Positions 30,785 to 40,942 are shown, counted from the stretch's first letter. The stretch: DNA of 64,000 nt from Candidatus Terraquivivens tengchongensis (GCA_023261845.1 JALNJZ010000001.1:64001-128000), one strand, 5' to 3'. Numbers and translations are program-made. The notes: generated by a model not told the origin, from the sequence alone.

Positions 30785-32002
30785 TTAAGGACCTATGTGG
30801 CCATGGGACGTTTGGCATATCACCGTCTTGAGTCCAACCCCCTTCAATGCCTTCCAAACATCCAGCATCTCCGTATAGCTAGGTCTTGGGATCGTGACGT
30901 TCCTAAACTCTGGCCTGTAGTCGAGGACACAGACTTGTACGTTATCGTCTATCTTCGCAACCTCCTCGCCGATCCTTATTATCTCCTCCATGCTAATGAG
31001 CACTCTGTTGTAAGGTATGCCGATGCCTATGAACAATCTTTCTTTGTAGTTGTCTACTAGGTACCTAAATGCATCCCAAGATGTTCTTAGGTACCTCTCG
31101 GCGAGTTCACGGTTCTCTATGCCTGTTATCCTCATGAAAGTTTCGACCTTCAGCCCCTTAAGGTCAGGTCCTATGTCAGTCATTCCTGCATCGACTAGCT
31201 CGTCTATGTAATCCCTCGTAAGTATCGTTGCGTTCGTGTCTATGTGTATCCTTGCATCGCTATCTTGGTTTAACTCCTTTAATGCTTTAACGTAATTTAG
31301 GAGCCATCTTCTATTGAGCGTGCTTTCGCCTCCCGATATTGCCATCCTGTTCACTCGGTATACCTTTCTCATGTAAGTTGTTATTCTCGCCGCCTCGAAA
31401 GGTGATAGAGCTCTATCCTTACCGCAGTAAGTCGTCGTCCAGTTTTGGCATTGCGGACACCTTAGGTTACATCCGCATGCAAAGCATGCAACCTCTATGT
31501 ATCTATCACCTTTTAACCACCAAGGCGTTCCTACGCCGCCAACGGGATGACCCATCCAACCGTGCACTATCCTTTTTGGAACATAGTCTTCCGGAAGCTC
31601 CGTTGATATTTCCATGCCCTCCTTAATACCCGTGACGCAGCTCGGCATGAGTTCGCCATTAACCAGCACTGCACAAGAATAGCAACCTCCGACAGAACAT
31701 GGAGCAAATATGCTATCCTTCTCTGGAAAGCTTGAGAACTTATACCCGATAAACTCCAAAGCTGCCTTTATGGTAATCCTTTCCGGCACCCAGAATCTTT
31801 CAGCATTTACTTTGATCTCGACATCCTTTGTTTTTGTCCTCTTGAGCATCCTAACAGCATTCCCTGGACATGCTAACTGGCATGCGCCGCAACCGAAGCA
31901 CAGATCTTCTGAGAATAGCTTTCCAGCAGGGCATGCCACTATCTCCTCGCACGTATTGCATCCTGAGCATCTATCCGGTATCCTCTTAGCAAACCTCAGC
32001 AT
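30785..32002 (-). CDS. Radical SAM protein (PflA/organic-radical-activase-like) with N-terminal 2x[4Fe-4S] and [2Fe-2S] domains
   Basis: CSGCNTC/CFGCGACQLAC, CSVGGCYSC..C, GCNLRCPQCQN, SGGE, DTN, DLKG. Confidence 0.85.
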   Translation of the reverse strand: MLRFAKRIPDRCSGCNTCEEIVACPAGKLFSEDLCFGCGACQLACPGNAVRMLKRTKTKDVEIKVNAERFWVPERITIKAALEFIGYKFSSFPEKDSIFAPCSVGGCYSCAVLVNGELMPSCVTGIKEGMEISTELPEDYVPKRIVHGWMGHPVGGVGTPWWLKGDRYIEVACFACGCNLRCPQCQNWTTTYCGKDRALSPFEAARITTYMRKVYRVNRMAISGGESTLNRRWLLNYVKALKELNQDSDARIHIDTNATILTRDYIDELVDAGMTDIGPDLKGLKVETFMRITGIENRELAERYLRTSWDAFRYLVDNYKERLFIGIGIPYNRVLISMEEIIRIGEEVAKIDDNVQVCVLDYRPEFRNVTIPRPSYTEMLDVWKALKGVGLKTVICQTSHGHIGP

Positions 32003-32150
32003 CTAAAAACAAAATCATTATTGTGCCAATTAAAGCTAATTTTAAGAATGGATGCTCATATAAGTTGTAAAAGCCGCCGCATTGCTTTTTGAGATACCCT
32101 GACATACGACCTCCATCTATTAAGACTGAACTCATCAGATAGTCGTGAGG

Positions 32151-33512
32151 TTATGTTGGATCTTGAGATTTATTGAGGCTTGAGCTCTTTTGGTCACGCT
32201 CTATCTGCTCAAGGATCTTCTCCGGACAATCTCTAACGGGTAAGTAGATCTTCTCGTAGAAGTCACGCTGACTCTTGAGAACATTCTCCGGGAAACTCTT
32301 AACGTACTTGATGGCGGCATTCCAGAACTTCTCGAAGCTCGGTCCGAACCTTGCCGCTATCATTCTATGAAAATCCGTGGGCCTCTGAATCTGTCCACCT
32401 ATCGTGAAGTATCCACTCCGAGACCGGTAAGCGACCTCATCTCCTACTTTTTCTTCAACTTCCTCCTTCTCGGCAAACTGACCAACCCTCATACTACCTC
32501 CAAACCTCCTCGCGGTTACACCATGCTTCTTCGCCCAAGCATAAAATATCGCTCTATTCAGGCCGAACGATTTGGCGAGCTCTAGATCGCCCTTCAGCAC
32601 ATAGTATCTTGCTGCCTGGAGAAGGCCCATGACTTGGAACCTGCCAACATGACCAACTCGAGCGAGCGGGGCGGCCTCTTCTTCACCAACCATCGTCCTC
32701 GAGTCGCTCTTGATCTCGGCAAGAGCTCTTAGCGCCAGCTCATCACCTTCACCATCCTCAAACCCATTCCATCCACTCCAATATCTGAAGTTCTCGATCT
32801 TGGCCCAGTCAAGCTTGAAGTTCTCTAGGTCGTTAGGCTTGATCGTTATGGCGACAAGATCGAGCTCGCGGTGAAGGCTTAGGGGTGCCGTGAAAACCCT
32901 CTGGATATCCATTAGGTTCTCAATCTTAAGCCTTCTATCAGGCGATCTAGATCTCTCGCATACTTTTTCAAGCCCGTCTCTTGCGCGCATGAGAACATAC
33001 TCAGCTATCGCAAAAGAGACCCTCAGCGGTCCCCTCCTCCATATCTCGCCACTCACTGCCTTTTCATTCAGGTGAACGTGGATTCCCCGCCCCGACCAGA
33101 CCAAGTAGATGGACTTTTCGACGCCCTCGCTTCTGAGAGTCTCGATGAGTATCTTAGCCGCCTCTTTGATCAACTCTACCTCCTCTAGAGAACCATCAAC
33201 ATCCCAGCTTGGTGTGCTCATGAGAATATTATCCTCGGCGGATACGTCTTCCCTCTGCTCCAGCTTCTTATAGATATTCGCCGATCCATAAATTGTCCTC
33301 ATCACCCTATTTCCGAACTTGTTGATCAACTTCTTAATATCGGCGGGCTCTTTGATTGTGAGTGGTCTCCCGTTAGGCCAATATCTGTAGAAAGTTCGAC
33401 TATCGCCGCCTGACCGGCATTCTAACGCGGCCCATCTACCGGAGCAGAATCTTGAAATTTCTCTTGTAACGTCCTCCCTCAAATAGTGCCTTAAAATTGT
33501 CTCCATCTTCAC
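32151..33512 (-). CDS. Archaeo-eukaryotic primase (AEP) superfamily protein fused to an uncharacterised C-terminal domain
   Basis: Motif I WDVDG, motif II SGRGIHVH, motif III D..R...P.S.H; separate C-terminal RFQVMGLLQAAR...FGLNRAIFYAWAK domain. Confidence 0.75.
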   Translation of the reverse strand: MKMETILRHYLREDVTREISRFCSGRWAALECRSGGDSRTFYRYWPNGRPLTIKEPADIKKLINKFGNRVMRTIYGSANIYKKLEQREDVSAEDNILMSTPSWDVDGSLEEVELIKEAAKILIETLRSEGVEKSIYLVWSGRGIHVHLNEKAVSGEIWRRGPLRVSFAIAEYVLMRARDGLEKVCERSRSPDRRLKIENLMDIQRVFTAPLSLHRELDLVAITIKPNDLENFKLDWAKIENFRYWSGWNGFEDGEGDELALRALAEIKSDSRTMVGEEEAAPLARVGHVGRFQVMGLLQAARYYVLKGDLELAKSFGLNRAIFYAWAKKHGVTARRFGGSMRVGQFAEKEEVEEKVGDEVAYRSRSGYFTIGGQIQRPTDFHRMIAARFGPSFEKFWNAAIKYVKSFPENVLKSQRDFYEKIYLPVRDCPEKILEQIERDQKSSSLNKSQDPT

Positions 33513-33606
33513 CCATTCAAGACATCCCTCAAGTAACCTTTAACCTAAAGTGGAGAGATAGGTAAGAATCATACTCAGACATTATTGTCGTACCGTCTAC
33601 AGAAAG

Positions 33607-34821
33607 CTAAACCCTCGAGAGAGCTTTACCTAAGTCCTCCTTCAAGTCCTCAACATCTTCAAGACCAACCGATAATCTGAGAAGGTTCTCACTTATCTCA
33701 AGCATCTTCATCTGCTCCCTGCTCATGTTCTTGGCCGCGGTCCAGATTGGGTAGGTTAAGAGGGACTCGACGCCGCCCAAGCTCGGCGAGGGCTTGATCA
33801 GCTCCGTGCCCCTGAGAACCTCGAGCGCCTCCTTTTGGCCTCCCCTCACCTTGAAGCTTAAAACCCCTCCATAAAGCCGTCGCTTGAAGATTCTGTCTGC
33901 GATGCTCTTGTACGGGCTGCTCGAGAGCCCTGGATAATATACCTTCTCGATCTTTGGATGATCTTCGAGGAACTCTGCTATCTCGAGGGCGCTCCTCGCC
34001 TGCTTTTCAAACCTCGCCTCAAGGGTTGCCACTCCACGTATCGTGAGAAACGCATCGAATGGGCTCATGATCGATCCGAGCTTTCTCCTCCAGTTCCAAA
34101 GAACCTCCGCATCCTCCTCACTTCCCATGATTACCGCGCCGCCAACAACATCATTATGACCTGCGATGTACTTCGTCAAGCTGTGAACCGTGACCCAAGC
34201 ACCATCATCGAGCGGGTTGTAGAGTAGCGGTGTAGAGAAAGTGTTATCAACGATCAACGGTACTCCGAGCTCGGCGCATCTCTTGGCGATCTCTTTGACG
34301 TCAATAACCCTCACCATAGGGTTCGTGAGGGTCTCGACAAGTGTGAGCGAAATACCATCCCCAAGCCTCTCAAGAAACTCGTCCGTGTCGGACCTAGCGA
34401 GAATGCATTCAACACCAAACTTCGAGAGGTTTTGAGCAAACTCCTGCGTGGTCCCATAACACTCTAGCGGGACTAGAACTTTCGATCCGGCCTTGAGCTT
34501 TGAAAGATACGTTGCCACGATCGCGGCCATCCCGCTCCCAAAAGCGAGACAATCAACGCCTCTCTCGAGCTTTGCCAGAATCTTTTCAAGAGCCCTAACG
34601 GTATGATTCTCCTCTCTACTGTACTTGAGGTCCAGGCCACGATCGCTGAGCCTAGGCCCTCCTGTTACGGAATCCGGGTACTCGAATACGGCGGTCTGGT
34701 ATATCGGAACCTTAAATACCCCCCTTTCACGATCCAGATATCCGTGCCCATGAATCGCCTCAGTAGACGACCTTCGAGCCATTTTCGCGGTTTCTGATAG
34801 TAATGAGATATTCATAAACAT
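33607..34821 (-). CDS. metB: Cystathionine gamma-synthase/lyase-family PLP enzyme (likely start ATG ~34782)
   Basis: PIYQT, YSR, SGMAA, DNTFSTP, HSLTKYIAGHND, SLGGVES, LRLSVGLED. Confidence 0.85.
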   Translation of the reverse strand: MFMNISLLSETAKMARRSSTEAIHGHGYLDRERGVFKVPIYQTAVFEYPDSVTGGPRLSDRGLDLKYSREENHTVRALEKILAKLERGVDCLAFGSGMAAIVATYLSKLKAGSKVLVPLECYGTTQEFAQNLSKFGVECILARSDTDEFLERLGDGISLTLVETLTNPMVRVIDVKEIAKRCAELGVPLIVDNTFSTPLLYNPLDDGAWVTVHSLTKYIAGHNDVVGGAVIMGSEEDAEVLWNWRRKLGSIMSPFDAFLTIRGVATLEARFEKQARSALEIAEFLEDHPKIEKVYYPGLSSSPYKSIADRIFKRRLYGGVLSFKVRGGQKEALEVLRGTELIKPSPSLGGVESLLTYPIWTAAKNMSREQMKMLEISENLLRLSVGLEDVEDLKEDLGKALSRV

Positions 34822-34826
34822 TTATA

Positions 34827-34854
34827 ATCATAGATTCCAATAAGAATCATTGAT
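34827..34854. promoter_or_regulatory. Candidate operator between the divergent metB-like and XRE-CBS genes
   Basis: ATCATAGATTC-N6-GAATCATTGAT imperfect inverted repeat (9/11). Confidence 0.45.
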
Positions 34855-34863
34855 ATAGGCGGG

Positions 34864-35442
34864 GTGTTCTTGGAGAAGCTCTGGGACCTCGAGTCCCTCG
34901 CGAAGCTCAGAAGGAGGCTAGGGCTGACCCAAAGGGAACTGGCGAAAATTTCTGGCGTTAGCCAATCATTGATATCGAAAATCGAGTGTGGCCGGATCAG
35001 CCCCTCATATGAGGCTGTTAGGCGAATTCTTCAAGCCCTCGAGATGGTTAGGGCTGAGAGGGATGCCAAGCTGCTGGCCAAAGACATTTGCACGAGAGAC
35101 GTTATCTGTGTAGACGTGTCAGATACATTGGGCAAGGCAGTAAACTTGATGAGAAGGCACGGGATATCGCAGCTTCCGGTTCTGAGGAACGGCAGTCCCG
35201 TCGGAAGCATCTCGGAGTCTTCTATCGTGAGGAAGCTTGAGGGGATAAAGTCCATGAACGTTCCAGTGGGCGAGATAATGGATGAGGCGTTTCCGATGAT
35301 ACCAGAGGAGGCGTCTCTCAACATCGTCAGGCAACTTCTTCAGGAATATCCAGCGGTGCTTCTTCAAAAGGATGGTAAAATTACTGGGATCGTGACTAAG
35401 GCAGATCTCTTCAAGGTGCTTGAATCGAAAGAAGAGCTCTAA
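34864..35442 (+). CDS. XRE-type HTH regulator with CBS pair (COG3620-like)
   Basis: LRRRLGLTQRELA..SGVSQSLISKIE.G; ISQLPV, GIVTKAD. Confidence 0.9.
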   Translation: MFLEKLWDLESLAKLRRRLGLTQRELAKISGVSQSLISKIECGRISPSYEAVRRILQALEMVRAERDAKLLAKDICTRDVICVDVSDTLGKAVNLMRRHGISQLPVLRNGSPVGSISESSIVRKLEGIKSMNVPVGEIMDEAFPMIPEEASLNIVRQLLQEYPAVLLQKDGKITGIVTKADLFKVLESKEEL

Positions 35443-35454
35443 CGTTGCATTTCG

Positions 35455-35697
35455 TCAAACATTTTCTGAGTTCACCTCTTCGACTCCACTCGCAGCTTTT
35501 AGTAACATCTTTAGGGTCTCAACGTTATCCTTCCTACAACTCTTCCGTCTCTTATCGACATATATTCCAAGCTTCTTCGCATATTGAATCGTTATGCCGG
35601 CTTCTCTAAGTTCATTTATACTAAAGCCCCTACCCTTCCTCTCGATGATCCTACCATCCTTGAGCTTTCTCCTAACAACCGGAATAGGTAAGCTCAT
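35455..35697 (-). CDS. rpl13e: Ribosomal protein L13e
   Basis: [14 protein letters not shown]...[10 protein letters not shown]. Confidence 0.92.
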   Translation of the reverse strand: MSLPIPVVRRKLKDGRIIERKGRGFSINELREAGITIQYAKKLGIYVDKRRKSCRKDNVETLKMLLKAASGVEEVNSENV

Positions 35698-36083
35698 TTT
35701 CTCACCTCAGTAGAGGTGACTTGTTCTTGGAGATTCATGACTTCAAGGCTAGATTTAGCCCTATCTTCTGCTCAAAATCAAAATATAATTATTAGGGAGA
35801 CGAAAGTATCTATTTGGCGACTTATGAGCTTCTTAACACTTTTTTAACATAAAATATGTCGGCAATGTGAGTCCTTGCATCTCTATGCGCCGCTAACTGA
35901 CATGCGCCAATAATCTTGGCATATTTTAAATTCATTTACATTTAGTTATTTAGGCTTACTTCCCGATGTTGATTGTTTATAATAGAACGTATTAAGAGGC
36001 AATTCATCGCATAAACATTCTTATTCTTAATGTTAAAATAAATATTTTTAAATTTAGATTCATGAACGAACAATGGTTAGAGA

Positions 36084-36784
36084 ATGATGCTTAAGCAGCC
36101 CTCATCCCCAGTAAATCATGTAACCTACAGCGAGGAGGATTTCAATATAATAATACCAACGAGGGCGGAAAGACCAAAGTTCATTACCTATAACAATTTG
36201 GGTCCGCTTAAAGATCGTGTTATAATGGTGTATGATCGTTGGCATAATGTATGCAAAGCTCTAAACTATGGAGCCTCTATTAGCAAAGCGAACATATTGT
36301 TCTTTACAGATGATGATGCAATCATACCTCCAGAAAAGATCTTAGATATTGTCAAGTTGGTAAAAAAAGATACTGCTGTTGTATTTGAACGACAGGATCC
36401 ATTTGGTCTAGCTATTACAAAAGATGATTTTATTAAGTTAGGAGGTTTTGATGAAAGATTTTTATGTCCACGTATGCCAGCTTATGCCTTCGATACAGAG
36501 TTTGAAAAAAGGTTAGAATCTAAAAAATTCAGAATTATAAAATATCCATTGAGTGGGGTGATACATTATGGGGGGGAAGACCCGCGTTTTCTTTCAAAAG
36601 TTTTGTTGCTGAATGGAATTTGACATTAGTTGTCATACGGTACGAGAAAGACTTAATAAAACTAATTCGCTATTTCTTCGTTCAACCACTGTTTAGTCTA
36701 AGATATATTCATATACTCGCGTTTATATTTTGGCAAATTTACTGTCGCATTAAAAGGAGGAGAAGTGCATGGCATGTGGACTAA
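36084..36784 (+). pseudogene. GT2-like glycosyltransferase frameshifted at a G7 tract
   Basis: IIIPT, ALNYG, FTDDD, GGFDERF, D.EF; one extra G at 36570-36576 extends the frame to TAA 36782-36784. Confidence 0.65.
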
Positions 36785-37156
36785 ATATGAATACATTAGT
36801 TTTAGTTTTTGATATAACTATCTATATCTATATTTTTGAGGAGTTTAGAAAAATTCATCAACATTTGAAATAGAAACATCCTACTTTTAGGTCATCGGTA
36901 TGTTAGGTGCTCGGTATCAAAATTTTTGTCGTAACTTATTAAAAACAATATCAGTCATTTAATATATAAGTTTTGGGCGCAAGAAACTCGTAAAATTTTT
37001 CTTTAAATCCTCAGATACTCGTGCTATATATCCTGATAAAGGCTGCTAAACTAAAGGATTTTGTTGTGAGAGATTATATTTAAGCGTAAAACCTGCACCA
37101 TCGCGAAACAACACTTAATAACACCTCTAAACCCTTTACCAAAAGGGTAAGCCGCC

Positions 37157-37546
37157 TTGGGAGGCCCTAAGAAACCTACACTGTCCCAGGCTGAGAAGAG
37201 GCAGACGAAAACGCAACCAAAACCTTCTGAGAAGAAAGAATCGACGCCGCAGAAGTACACGGGCAGCATAACCTTACCAGAGGAAAGGGACGTCATAAAC
37301 TACATTAGGAGCATGAAGTATGCTACGCCATACCTCATTTCTGAAAAGTACGGAATCAGGTTGTCTGTTGCGAAGAGCTTACTGAATAGCTTGGTATCGA
37401 AAGGACTGATCGTGCCAGTAGTCGGCGACAACAGGTTAAGGATATTTGCACCAGCTCAAGCAACAGTAGAATCTGTAAAAGCTTCAGAGGTGACAAAACC
37501 ATCCGAATCTGCGGAGGCAAAGCCCAAGTCAAAAAGGAAGAAGTAG
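37157..37546 (+). CDS. rps25e: Ribosomal protein S25e
   Basis: MGGPKKPTLSQ, TPY.ISEKYGI.LSVAK.LL..L. Confidence 0.88.
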   Translation: MGGPKKPTLSQAEKRQTKTQPKPSEKKESTPQKYTGSITLPEERDVINYIRSMKYATPYLISEKYGIRLSVAKSLLNSLVSKGLIVPVVGDNRLRIFAPAQATVESVKASEVTKPSESAEAKPKSKRKK

Positions 37547-37552
37547 ACTATC

Positions 37553-37924
37553 CTAACTTTTGAGGACCCTTACCCTTGCTCCGGGTCTTGTTTTTGTGAG
37601 TGCAGCTAACTCACCAGATAGCTTTCCGACCTTCACTGTCTGAGCATAGGGTTTAGCTTTCTTAAAGACGAAACCTAGAGCACCGGCTGGAGGCCAGAAG
37701 ATCATATCACCACAATCCACTTCTTCTACCGGCTTCTCAGCACCCCTCACCATACGAGTCTCTATATAGACCGCATAGTCCCAAAGCCCAGCCATACCTT
37801 CTATTGGCAAGAGCCTTACGAGTTCTGTCACTGTTGCTGGTGCCAAAAATTTTATCAGCTCAGCCTTGTACTCGCCCACGCCCTCAACCCAAACCTTCAC
37901 TGGAACCCTTACCGGAACAGACAT
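37553..37924 (-). CDS. Cyclophilin-like fold protein
   Basis: AP.TV..L...LP, E.....V..GD..FWPP. Confidence 0.7.
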   Translation of the reverse strand: MSVPVRVPVKVWVEGVGEYKAELIKFLAPATVTELVRLLPIEGMAGLWDYAVYIETRMVRGAEKPVEEVDCGDMIFWPPAGALGFVFKKAKPYAQTVKVGKLSGELAALTKTRPGARVRVLKS

Positions 37925-37929
37925 ACCAC

Positions 37930-39177
37930 TTACTCACCATACATTGAAACCTTGCCGAGATAGTTCATGATTATTGGCATAAGGTCAACTCCCCTTATCC
38001 TACCGAGCGTTCCTGATGCGCAGGATATTTCGTCAAACTTCTCAACATTACCGTACCTTGCACCCGGTGCGTATAAAGCCACGGGAACTGGGTCACCACT
38101 ATGTTCTCCAACCTCCGATGGTGTCGTGTGGTCACTCGTTATGGCTATGCATGTCCCTTCCAAGTCTACCTCCGATACGATCGTGGAGAATGCCGCGCTT
38201 ATTCTTGATATTATTTCGGCTTTCTTTGTTGGGTTCCTGTCATGGCTTACAACATCCGTTGCTTTAACGTGTACGAAAACAAGATCGTAAACCTTGATTG
38301 CGTTTATTGCTGCTCTCATCTTAGCATCCAGGTTCGTGTCCACTGTGCCGGTTGCACCCTTCACCTCGAGAACGTCAAAACCCACCGCCTTGCATACGCC
38401 TTTGTAAACGGCACCACCCGCTATGGCTGCAGCCTTAATGCCAAATTTTGTCGGAAGCTTTTCTACCATCGGTAAGGTTCCCGCACCCCTTGGCAATATT
38501 ATGTTAGCCAGTGGTTGACCACGTTTTTCCCTACGCTTGTTAATGTCATGTTCTGCGAGGATTTTACTTGAAATTTCAACAAACTCATTCAGAGTATCTG
38601 CCGTCTTTTTTGCAGTGGGAGAATCTGTTAATGGTCTGGAGTGTAAGAACTTCACGCCCGTCTTGTGGGGATCGATGTCGGAAACGAACCTTGATAAACC
38701 CTCACCCCTTAAGACCAGTACACCCCTGTGCTCTACCGTGTGCTTAAACATGATCTCGACATCCGAGTTTCTTACGAGCTTTATACCGTTCAAGCTCTCC
38801 GACAAGACCTTAGCATCTTCATCAGATATCCTTCCTGCCCTTCTGTCAACTACTATGCCATCATTGTTTACCGTGGCGAAGTTGCACCTGAAGGCCACAT
38901 CGTTTGGTTCGAGCTCTATGCCAGCGCCCAAAGCCTCGAAGGCACCCCTACCCGTGTAATGCTTGTAGGGGTCGTAACCAAGTATCGCTAGGTGGGCTGT
39001 ATCACTACCAGGCGGCACACCAGGCGATATCGGGTCCATCAAACCGCACTCGCCCCTTGACGCTATCCAGTCGAAGGACTTTGGCCTTGCTGCTTGGAGC
39101 GGTGTGAGTCCTTCAAGCGCTGAGCACCGTCTATCTGCCATACCGTCGCATACTAAGATGATAGCTTTGGATGCCAT
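37930..39177 (-). CDS. apgM: Cofactor-independent phosphoglycerate mutase (archaeal)
   Basis: DGMAD, PGSDTAHL, GRGAFEALG, HVKATD..SH, SDHTTP..H. Confidence 0.95.
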   Translation of the reverse strand: MASKAIILVCDGMADRRCSALEGLTPLQAARPKSFDWIASRGECGLMDPISPGVPPGSDTAHLAILGYDPYKHYTGRGAFEALGAGIELEPNDVAFRCNFATVNNDGIVVDRRAGRISDEDAKVLSESLNGIKLVRNSDVEIMFKHTVEHRGVLVLRGEGLSRFVSDIDPHKTGVKFLHSRPLTDSPTAKKTADTLNEFVEISSKILAEHDINKRREKRGQPLANIILPRGAGTLPMVEKLPTKFGIKAAAIAGGAVYKGVCKAVGFDVLEVKGATGTVDTNLDAKMRAAINAIKVYDLVFVHVKATDVVSHDRNPTKKAEIISRISAAFSTIVSEVDLEGTCIAITSDHTTPSEVGEHSGDPVPVALYAPGARYGNVEKFDEISCASGTLGRIRGVDLMPIIMNYLGKVSMYGE

Positions 39178-39278
39178 GTAAAGCTACACATTACACCGAT
39201 GCTTAAGCTTTGCCTAATGGGTTTTTACTCGGAGTCATTCGAAAGAGTACATATTTTTGCTAGTGTTTAAATACCTCG

Positions 39279-40298
39279 TTGAAGTCTGTTAATAAGGGAA
39301 TGAGTCAAAAGGAAAAGGTGAAAGAGAAAAAGACATTTATCGATTTAGAGGATTTGCCATCGGTTGGTCAGGCTACAGCAGAAAAGCTTAGGGAGATAGG
39401 ATACAACACAATAGAGGCGTTGGCGACCGCAACGGTATCGGAGCTGATCGCTGCTGGCATCGGGGAGAAAAAGGCGGCGGAGATAATAGCTGCAGCTAGA
39501 CAGGCAATAGAGATCTCATGGGTGACGGCAAAGGACCTAGCCTCGCTCAGGATGAACGTCGGCAGGATAACGACAGGTGTCAAGCAACTAGATGCTCTGA
39601 TAGGCGGCGGTGTAGAAACGCAGAGCATAACCGAGTTCTACGGCGAGTTTGGTAGTGGAAAGTCGCAACTGTGTCACCAGTTGGCAGTATGCGTACAGCT
39701 ACCTACTGAAATGGGTGGTTTGAATGGTGCGGCGCTTTACATAGATACGGAGAACACGTTCAGGACTGAGAGGATTGAAAGCATCGCAAAACGCTTTGGG
39801 CTTGACTTTGACGAGGTGTCTAAGAGAATAATCTACGCTGAGGCTTATACTAGCGACCATCAAATGTTGCTACTTGAGAAATCTGACAAGGTGATAAAGG
39901 AAAACAACGTGAAATTGATAATAATCGATTCGTTGACGTCCCACTTCAGAAGTGAATACATCGGCAGGCAGACATTAGCTGAGAGGCAGCAAAAACTTAA
40001 CAAGCACCTCCACAAGCTGATAAGGCTTGCAAGGGCCTTCAATGCAGCCGCCGTGGTTACCAACCAAGTAATGGCAAGACCGGATGAGTTTTTCTCACCG
40101 GCTGCCGTCTCACCAGTTGGCGGACACATAGTCGGCCATACGAGCCATACTAGGATCTTCCTTCGCAAATCTGTCGGCAGGAATATAAGAATAGCGAGGC
40201 TTGTATCAAGCCCATATTTACCTGAAGGTGAAGCCGTGTTTAAGATAACTGAAAATGGTTTAGAAGATGTGGAGGAGGATGAACTTAAGTCTAGGTGA
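39279..40298 (+). CDS. radA: DNA repair recombinase RadA (start may be ATG 39300)
   Basis: N-terminal Hh[34 protein letters not shown]. Confidence 0.97.
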   Translation: MKSVNKGMSQKEKVKEKKTFIDLEDLPSVGQATAEKLREIGYNTIEALATATVSELIAAGIGEKKAAEIIAAARQAIEISWVTAKDLASLRMNVGRITTGVKQLDALIGGGVETQSITEFYGEFGSGKSQLCHQLAVCVQLPTEMGGLNGAALYIDTENTFRTERIESIAKRFGLDFDEVSKRIIYAEAYTSDHQMLLLEKSDKVIKENNVKLIIIDSLTSHFRSEYIGRQTLAERQQKLNKHLHKLIRLARAFNAAAVVTNQVMARPDEFFSPAAVSPVGGHIVGHTSHTRIFLRKSVGRNIRIARLVSSPYLPEGEAVFKITENGLEDVEEDELKSR

Positions 40299-40705
40299 GA
40301 CGTATGTCGCAGCTTAACAAGATGGTAAAAACGTTCTACGTCACACTGTTCAGTGGCAAAATTTCGGAGGCTGAGAAGATTCTGGAGAAAATTAAGAAAA
40401 ACTTGAACAATGAAAGTGATGCGGGTTACTACGATGCACTTTACGGCATATACTATGCATACGTAAACGACGATTTCGAATCGTTCGTGTACAAGATTTG
40501 GACGGATGAGAGCCTAAAGAAGCAGAGGAAGAAATTGGCAGAAGAATTCGAGAAAAAGGCAAAGCTACCGTTTACGATAAACCCAGGTTTTTACAGGGCG
40601 TGGTCAGATTTTCTTAACATGCTTCACGAGTTGCCAATTCCTCATAAGATCTCGCAAAGAGAGCCATCACAAGAGGATGTTGTAGAAGAGTATCCAGCTC
40701 ACTAA
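40295..40705 (+). CDS. Hypothetical helical protein co-oriented with radA
   Basis: Overlaps the radA stop; GYYDALYG and GFYRAW segments. Confidence 0.6.
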   Translation: MRRMSQLNKMVKTFYVTLFSGKISEAEKILEKIKKNLNNESDAGYYDALYGIYYAYVNDDFESFVYKIWTDESLKKQRKKLAEEFEKKAKLPFTINPGFYRAWSDFLNMLHELPIPHKISQREPSQEDVVEEYPAH

Positions 40706-40942
40706 CCAAACGAGGAAGTACGTCGCCAGACCTGTTATGTATGGTTTCCTAGTCTTCAAATAACTCCTTTGCGCCCTGAGTATTACGAATGGTGATAATA
40801 TACTGTAAACCACGTAAACGACTATGGCAACCATTATGGCAATTATAGACGTAGGTTCGTGCAACCTTAAGAAAGCTGATAGGAAGCCTATAAAGATTCC
40901 CAAAAAGACCTTAGACCAATACAGTTTATCTTCAGGTTTCAT
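40667..40942 (-). CDS. 3-TM protein resembling EMC6/OPTI (Rab5ip) family
   Basis: D.LYW...LGI..G in TM1; G..TYF..W...WILFY in TM3. Confidence 0.6.
   Translation of the reverse strand: MKPEDKLYWSKVFLGIFIGFLSAFLRLHEPTSIIAIMVAIVVYVVYSILSPFVILRAQRSYLKTRKPYITGLATYFLVWLVSWILFYNILL

Noticed and set aside
32105-32148. Minus-strand CTGATGAG within an ACGAC/GTCGT stem (hammerhead, C/D or K-turn look-alike)
   Set aside because: No GAAA hammerhead core, no proper CTGA D box, and the bulge geometry is non-canonical
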